Shown here: positions 57,084-64,000 of the stretch, in pieces
Numbering within the stretch: position 1 is the first letter of the stretch
Layout of the letters: each line of letters opens with the position of its first letter
Assembly (NCBI GenBank): GCA_009914755.4
Contig: CP068257.2
Coordinates: 41,088,001-41,152,000, forward strand
Length of the DNA: 64,000 bases
Reading direction: 5' to 3'
DNA from: the human T2T-CHM13v2.0 reference genome, Homo sapiens
Notes under the pieces: model-generated
The model's database searches: none
What the model was told of the DNA's origin: nothing
What the model saw: only the letters and a program-made list of their open reading frames with translations
Program-made: the position numbers and the translations under genes

Positions 57084-57879
57084 CAAGTGCAGAGCTGGAA
57101 GGCTGCAGGAGCCTCCCCCGTCATCTCATGAGTCCCCCACTCACGACCATGCAGCCCACTCAGACCACGACCTGCCGCCACATGCGGGAACTGCTGGCTC
57201 CCTCGTGCCCGCCCGGGGCTGAGGACTGCACGTGCAGCCACAGATGCATCCGGCCCTCCTGCCCCACAGCCTCTATGAAGGCCACATAAATGGCACCAAG
57301 TGTCTCTGTCTGCCGATCAGCATCCCCTCTTGGCTTCACAGCAGACGCATCTGCCTTTCAGGACTGCCTTGAACAACATCTGGGCTGGTCAGGTGGAGAG
57401 CGAGGAGTTTCCAGGTTGCAGCCCCTATGGTCCTGAGGGCTGGCGTCCAGGATGGTGGGGGTCCAGCAGCTCTGGGCAGCGAGGCCCCTGGCTGGGTGAT
57501 CCAGGTGGCAGCTGACCAGTGGCCTGGGAGCCAGCCCTCCTGTCCTCACGTGGGGCCCCATCTCCAAAAGCCAGTGCAGTGCCCTGCACATTATCCAACC
57601 TACATCTGTACTGTCTCCCCAAGGAAAACGAGTGTGTGGTTCACGTGCTTTAAGGACGTTTCCCAGGTGACATTCCAAGCTCCCATCTGTGGCCGCAAGT
57701 GGGGGAGTTTCCAGTTTTCCAGATGGATTTTCTGCCATGCCAGAGAACCCTCCGCCTCCTTCAGAGCCATCTCATCAATGCAGTGATCGCAAGCTTCGAT
57801 TTACAAAAACTCGCCTCCCTTGCAGCATTTCCAGGTTTCACACACAGCGTAACAAGTAAAAATGGATTTTTGGGCAGCA

Positions 57880-58330
57880 CGCCTGTCCTAGTTTGCTGAG
57901 GCTGCCATAACAAAGTACCAGAGACTGGGGTGGCGTCAGCAGCAAAAGTTGATTCCTCAGTTCTGGAGCTGGAAGTCCAGGATCAAGGTGCTGCCAGGTT
58001 CGGCTTCTCCGGAGGCCTCGGTCCCTGGTCTGGGACCTTCTTGCTGGGGCCTCGGTCCCTGGTGTGGGACCTTCTTGCTGGGACCTCGGTCCCTGGTGTG
58101 GGACCTTCTTCCTGGCCAGCAAGATGGCCGCCTTCTTGCTGGGTCCTCATGTGGCCTGTTCTCTCGGCACATGCATCCCAGGTGCTCTTCCTCCTCTAAT
58201 GAAGACACTAGTCCCATGGGACCAAGGCCTCACCCTGACTAGATGGAAACTTCATTACCTCCGTAAAGGCCCCGTCTCCAAATAGCCCCACTGGGGTCGG
58301 GGCTTTACCATGTTGACCTGGGGAAGGGGG
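57880..58330 (+). mobile_element. MaLR LTR (MLT1-type) carrying an internal 34-bp x 3 tandem expansion at 58016-58117.
   Basis: tgtcctagtttgctgaggctgccataacaaagtaccagagactgggg...ggaagtccaggatcaaggtgctgcc ... taatgaagacactagtcccatgggaccaaggcctcaccctgac...ctccaaatagcccc. Confidence 0.7.
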
Positions 58331-59395
58331 CAGTTCAGTTCGTAACATGCCCTTTTGGGAGGAGAAAGTCAGGCAATGAGCAGACACAGGCAGGAAGCCA
58401 CGCCGGGCTCCAGCAGGGATGGCCCAGTGCCCTGTACAGGCAGCAGGCAGCTGGGCTGGAGGTGGGCCCTGGGTGGAGGACACCTACCAGGTGTGTCTAA
58501 ACTGCCCCTTTCCTACACATCTTCCTTCGCACTGGGCTCGCCACCCAAGACCTGCTTTTTCCAGAAAGCAAAGCCTACTTTGGTCAAACTCTCATTTTTA
58601 AAAATCACTTCATCTTTTCCTCCCTAACTTAATTAGCTCCAAAGCACTGAGCTGTATTGAAATAGATCACCACAATGACAATCCTCTTTGGGACTGAAAA
58701 CAAAATCTATTTCAACTTGAACAGGGATATTGATAGAAGACAGGGCTCCATGAAAAAGGGTTAGGAGGAGCCGCTTGCTGGGGCAGGGGCCGCATCTGGG
58801 CACTGCAGTTAAGATGTTAAAGTGTCTTCGGTCCCAGGGGGCCGCAGATGAACACAGTTCAGCGTTTCTGGATGTAAATCGTCAAAGCTCCTTCGATCCC
58901 CAGCCTCGGGCAAGGAAAGGGCCTTTCTCTCTGTGATGCCACCTGTGCTCAGGTGTGCACTGGATGGAACTGTGTCCTAGACCCCTCAGCTGTGATATTG
59001 ATCCGCTGAGATTGTTTTTCATCTGTAGAAATCAATAAATTCCTTTTTGGTGCAGTGTTTTGTGAACGGGTGCACTCTCTCACCCGGTCGCTGTCCTAAG
59101 AATTCTCCTTGACTTCGGAACTGGCCCTCCACGCCCCAGGATCCACCTGCCAGGAGACCCCCAGTGTGCTCTCAAACCCCCACCCATCTGAGTGGCCTGG
59201 AAAGGCTGGTCTGAAGACCTCTCTTCCCATGTCTGCCGACCAGGCTTTGCTCTCCAGGGACTTTCTGGGAGGGGGAGAACCCACCTCCTGCCAACGGCCC
59301 TGCTGGCACTCCGAGGACAGCAGAGGGAAGGAAGCCAGGGGCTGGGGAGCCGGCCACACAACTGCCCAGTGCCTATCCTTCTCCTGTGCCCACAG

Positions 59396-59482
59396 ATGCT
59401 GAGCTGCCTGGAGCACATGTACCACGACCTCGGGCTGGTCAGGGACTTCAGCATCAACCCTGTCACCCTCAGGAGGTGGCTG
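59396..59482 (+). CDS. PDE9A: PDE9A coding exon (87 nt), encoding [29 protein letters not shown].
   Basis: Acceptor ctcctgtgcccacag|ATG and donor GCTG|gtgagtg. Phase 0 at both ends. Confidence 0.9.
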
Positions 59483-59756
59483 GTGAGTGCCAAACCCGCC
59501 TTCGGTTCTTCCTGGGCACGTGGTTTCATCCAGTTCCACAGGAATGGAGGGAATGGATCACCAGGGCACCTTCCGGATGGCACTGCGCTCCCTGTGAGCA
59601 GAGGTGACATTTCCCCGGGAGTTCTGTGAGGACACTCAGCCTGTCTCTGTTCCTCCTTCCACCAAAACCTTCTTTACGCCCGAGCTACTCCTGCTCTGAT
59701 AAGCAAGGAGTAGCTTATCAGTGAGACTCTGCCATCATCAAGCAAAGCAGCATGTC

Positions 59757-60290
59757 CTAAAGCAGCGGTGTGTGGGAGCGTGTGTGTGTGTGTGGGAGCG
59801 TGTGTGTGTGTGAGAGTGAGTATGGGGGTGTGGATGTGAGTGTGTGTGAGTGTGGGGTGTGGATGTGAGCATGGGGGTGTCTGCATGTGTTTGTGAGTGG
59901 GTGTGTGGATGTAAATGTGTGGGAGCGTGTGTGTGTGTGAGTGTGGGGTGTGGGTGTGAGCATGGGGGTATCTGAGTTTACGGGTGGGTGTGTGTGAATG
60001 TGTGGTGGGAGTGTGTGGGGTGGGAGTAGGAGTGTGGAGGTGTGTCTGTGTGTGTCAGTGTGGATGTGTGCATGTGTATATCTGGATGTGGGGTGTGTCT
60101 GTGTGTGGGTGTGTGTGAGGGTGTGTGTGCATGTGTGTATCTGTGGATGTGAGGTGTGTGTGCATGTGTGTATCTGGATGTGGGGGTGTGTGAGGGTGGA
60201 TGTGTGCATGTGTGTGTGTGGATGTGGGGTGTGTGAGTGTGTGGTGTGTGAGTGGGTGTGTGCATGTGGGTGTCTGCCTGTGTGAATATG
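59757..60290. repeat. Degenerate (TG)n / GT-rich low-complexity tract of about 530 bp, in the intron between the exons at 59396 and 60725.
   Basis: Composed almost entirely of gtgtgtg / gtgggtg / gagtgtg / gatgtg motifs. Confidence 0.95.
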
Positions 60291-60724
60291 TTTGGCAGCA
60301 GGTTTTTTTAATGAAATATTGCTCAGAACCAAATATTAAAAGCCTATTAAAGGTTTCATGGCGACTGGGGACCCAGAGCTCCCTCTTGGAGTCTCCCCTC
60401 CCCCCATCCCCTAACTTTATGCCCCACTGTGGCTCCTCAGACACCTCCGGGGAGACCCCAGTCCTTGACTGCAGGGTGAAACCCCTGGTGGGAGCTCTGT
60501 CCCCACACCTGCCCCGGGTGCCGTGGTGTGGCCCGCTGGACGTTCTCAGGGTCCCTGTGTCACCTCATTGGTACCTGTGGTAAACCTGGAACACTGTTGA
60601 CCTCTGGTTGGGATGAGGGTTTGGCAGAGAATGTTCAAACCAGCGCACAGCCTTCTGGGTGGCTTTGGGAGGAGAGGTGGGCGGGCCCAGGCACAGGGTG
60701 ACTCGGACCCCCTGCCTCCCGCAG

Positions 60725-60829
60725 TTCTGCGTCCACGACAACTACAGAAACAACCCCTTCCACAACTTCCGGCACTGCTTCTGCGTGGCCCAGATGATGT
60801 ACAGCATGGTCTGGCTCTGCAGTCTCCAG
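60725..60829 (+). CDS. PDE9A: PDE9A coding exon (105 nt) at the start of the PDEase catalytic domain, encoding [35 protein letters not shown].
   Basis: Acceptor cctgcctcccgcag|TTC and donor TCCAG|gtgggt. Contains the conserved H-N-x-x-H motif of class I PDE catalytic domains. Confidence 0.92.
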
Positions 60830-61221
60830 GTGGGTCCTGCCCGCTGCACACCCAGACCTCTACTCTCGGGGGTCAGACGGAGGCCCCCTTCCAGGGAGCG
60901 GCAGCCCCATCCCACCAAGAGAGCCACAGGCGTGGGGTCCCCAGCCGCTCCGCCCCTCCTAGGGACGCACCCCTGCCCACCGTTGTCAGTCACCCCATGG
61001 GCGAGGCTGCTCCTAGGATTACAAGAGCAGGTGAGTCCCCGACCTGGTCACCCCCCCAACCCCCACAGGCAGGCCGATCCTCTCCCACCATGCCAGGAGA
61101 TGCCAGATGGCTGCAGGGGCCTTTGTCCCCCACTTACCACTCACCCAATTCCACCCCCCCTCACCCCATCCCACCCTCCGAGTGAAGAGAGCAAACACCT
61201 ACACCCTGTTTTCCAATCCAG

Positions 61222-61304
61222 GAGAAGTTCTCACAAACGGATATCCTGATCCTAATGACAGCGGCCATCTGCCACGATCTGGACCATCCCGGCTACAACA
61301 ACAC
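61222..61304 (+). CDS. PDE9A: PDE9A coding exon (83 nt), encoding [27 protein letters not shown](T).
   Basis: Acceptor ttccaatccag|GAG and donor AACAC|gtatgt. Contains the HD-domain metal-binding motif H-D-L-D-H. Confidence 0.92.
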
Positions 61305-62479
61305 GTATGTACAGGATTTTCTCTTTTTTTCCTTTTAAAAGGCACCCTGGCTACTGGAGGGAACCTGTCAGCCCAACCCTCAGAGCAGTTCCCAGATGGA
61401 GCTGTCAACGACGGCCTCCCAGCCCCCAACTCTGCCTCCACTGACACAGCTCCTGGCTTCTGGACTTTGCCCAGGGCCTTGGGTCTCCCCGGAGTAGGAA
61501 CTTTCAGGATTATCAAACCCCAGGGGGTCTTTCCCACTCCTGTGCGGGCCTGGCTTCAGGCTCAGGTGCACGGCAGATCCCTGGCCCCGCCGGCGCCTTC
61601 TCCACCCCAGGCAGGGAGCAACACCTGTCCGCATGCAGGGATGGGGGCTCCACACCCCCCTCTCAGGAGCTCGCCTCTCCCTGGGCAGGCTCCCAGCTGG
61701 CTTCCGCAGGGAAAGCACAGGCAGGAGCCAGAAGAGAGCAGAAGAGGGGGAGAAGAGGGACTGCAGAGGGACAGGAGGTGGGAGTGAGGTGTCCCTCGTG
61801 GGGCCAGGGATCAGAAGGACAGACCGTTGCTCCACTCCTGCCTCCACAGGCACAGAGTTCCGCCCCATGTGGCGGACAAGGTCCAGGCCATGGGCTTGGG
61901 TCTGTGTCCTCAGTGGCGCAGCAGCTCTCTCTGTTGAACTGTGTGTTTGTGTGATGTCATCACATGCCTGAGAGCTCTGCTGCCATGTGTCAGCGCCTAG
62001 TGGGTTCCGAGGTGTGGCTGTCAGCGCTCCTCCCGGGGCCATCACCATGCACACCCATCTGTTCCCCTTTTGCTCATTTCACACTCACAGTGGCCGGCAC
62101 AGCACAGGTCAGCAGAGGCCTTGACCACAGCATCCCAGTGAACCTCAGCCTCGTTCTGCCCACCTGCCTCTGGCACCTGGTGACATTTGATAATCTCACA
62201 AGAGGCCGTGATGCCTCAGGGCCTGTCCCAGGGAGCATGCCGCTTCCTCAGAGGTGTCTGTCTGGTGGGACTGCCCGAGCATGGGGACGTGCAGTTGCAG
62301 GGGCAGCTGAGCGGCAGGAGGGACCTCCTGGCCAGGCCAGGGCACAGGCAGCTCCCCCAGCCCCCACGGCACCTTCTCCTGACTCTACTTGCTCCACTTA
62401 CATGGCTGGGTGTTGCTCCCCGGTGCAGGTACCTGGTGAGGGCGCCTGAGTCTCCCCTCACTCTCTCCTTGCCTCCCAG

Positions 62480-62636
62480 GTACCAGATCAATGCCCGCAC
62501 AGAGCTGGCGGTCCGCTACAATGACATCTCACCGCTGGAGAACCACCACTGCGCCGTGGCCTTCCAGATCCTCGCCGAGCCTGAGTGCAACATCTTCTCC
62601 AACATCCCACCTGATGGGTTCAAGCAGATCCGACAG
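62480..62636 (+). CDS. PDE9A: PDE9A coding exon (157 nt), encoding (T)[52 protein letters not shown].
   Basis: Acceptor ccttgcctcccag|G and donor GACAG|gtgtgtgg. The reading frame has been continuous since the exon at 32151. Confidence 0.92.
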
Positions 62637-62955
62637 GTGTGTGGGGTGAGGGCCCTCCCACCGGAGTGGGGGCACATTCAGGGACAGAGCAGCCCCCACT
62701 CTCCATTGGCTGGAAGCTCCCAGAAGCTCCTGGCCACAGCAGTGCCCTGGGGACCCAAGGGAACCCCTCCCTCCTTCCTCACCTCCTCCAGGGCCCAGAG
62801 TGGCGCCCCAAAAAGAGGGTACCCTCGCCATGCGCACGTGTATCCCACTGACCTGCACTTCCCAGCCTGTATTTAATTCAGCCTTCACTGGCTCCCTTTG
62901 AGATAAATCCTTTGTCCCTCTTCCAGCCCAAGAAACTGAGGCTTAGCAAAGGTAG

Positions 62956-63379
<424 letters not shown>

Positions 63380-64000
63380 ACGCCCGGCCACCCCTTCCAT
63401 TTTAGATAAGGGGGCTTTATGCCTCTCAGGGCGTGATGGGAGGAGAGTGAGAGGATATCTGCGTGAGAGGAAGATGACCTGGTCCACCTGCCCCAGACAA
63501 ACACCTCCAGCTCACCGAAATAACGCCCCATTCCACACGGGAATTCCTCATCAAACCCTCACTCTCTGACATTTGCAGGGGAGGGAAGCTCTCGGAGTAA
63601 ACCCTGGGAGAAATGTGTTGGGTTGAATAGCAGCGTCCTTCAAACAAGGTCCACCTCCCGTGAATGTGATCTTATTTGGAAAAGGGTCTTTGCATTTGTA
63701 CTTGTTAAGATTTCCAGATAAGATCAGTGTGGATTGTCTAAGGGGGCCGTAAATCCAAAGACTAGTGTCCTTGGACGAGGAGACAGAGTAGAAAACAGCC
63801 CAGACACAGAGGAGAAGGCCGCATGAAGACGCAGTGATTGGAGATTTGAGTGATGCAGCCCCAAACTAAGGGACTTCGGGGCCCCCAGGAGCAGGAGGAG
63901 ACAAGGAAGGACCCTCCCCTGGAGTCTTCTTTGAGAGCAGGGCCCTGCCCACACTTTGATCTTGGTTCTGGCTTCCAGAACTGTGAGAGAATGAGTTTGT

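Noticed and set aside
59757-60444. His/Thr-rich ORFs (HTHTHTH..., PHTHTH...) on the minus strand and Cys/Val-rich ORFs on the plus strand.
   Set aside because: They are direct translation of the (TG)n-like tract. GTG/TGT and CAC/ACA codons give Val/Cys or His/Thr repeats. They are not coding.
61107-62054. Very long ORFs on both strands (226 aa + at 61107-61787; 224 aa - at 61380-62054) overlapping the intron between the PDE9A exons at 61222 and 62480.
   Set aside because: The sequence is GC-rich with few stop codons by composition. The translations are Pro/Gly/Ser/Arg-rich low-complexity strings with no domain I recognise. They overlap a real PDE9A exon and intron whose splice sites are unambiguous. 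They are not genes.

Overview
This window is human (primate) genomic DNA. It is packed with Alu SINEs (about 45 copies, many with intact target-site duplications), old L1 fragments and MaLR (THE1/MST/MLT1) LTRs; nothing in it is prokaryotic. The right half (about 32.1-62.7 kb, + strand) carries ten consecutive internal coding exons of the cGMP-specific phosphodiesterase PDE9A (chromosome 21q22.3). They encode roughly residues 88-414, running from the low-complexity N-terminal region into the HD-type catalytic domain, where the H-N-F-R-H and H-D-L-D-H metal-binding motifs are visible in exons at 60725-60829 and 61222-61304. Every exon boundary has a canonical AG/GT site and the reading frame is continuous across all ten exons. 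The left about 32 kb looks like intron made of repeats. I found no PDE9A 5' exons, no CpG-island promoter and no rRNA or tRNA there. One intron contains a compound GGAT/GATA tetranucleotide STR whose flanks match, from memory, the primers of the clinical trisomy-21 marker D21S1411. Other items worth a second look: a candidate frame-shifting (poison) cassette exon at 24925-25001 with strong splice signals; a 530-bp degenerate (TG)n tract 435 bp upstream of the first catalytic-domain exon; a near-perfect 34-bp x about 14 minisatellite; a 47-bp x 3 repeat; a cluster of STAT/GAS-like TTCNNNGAA palindromes; recent local duplications; and inverted Alu pairs that bracket exons. I see no novel protein-coding system. 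The long ORFs in the six-frame track are artefacts of GC-rich, low-complexity or repeat-derived sequence.
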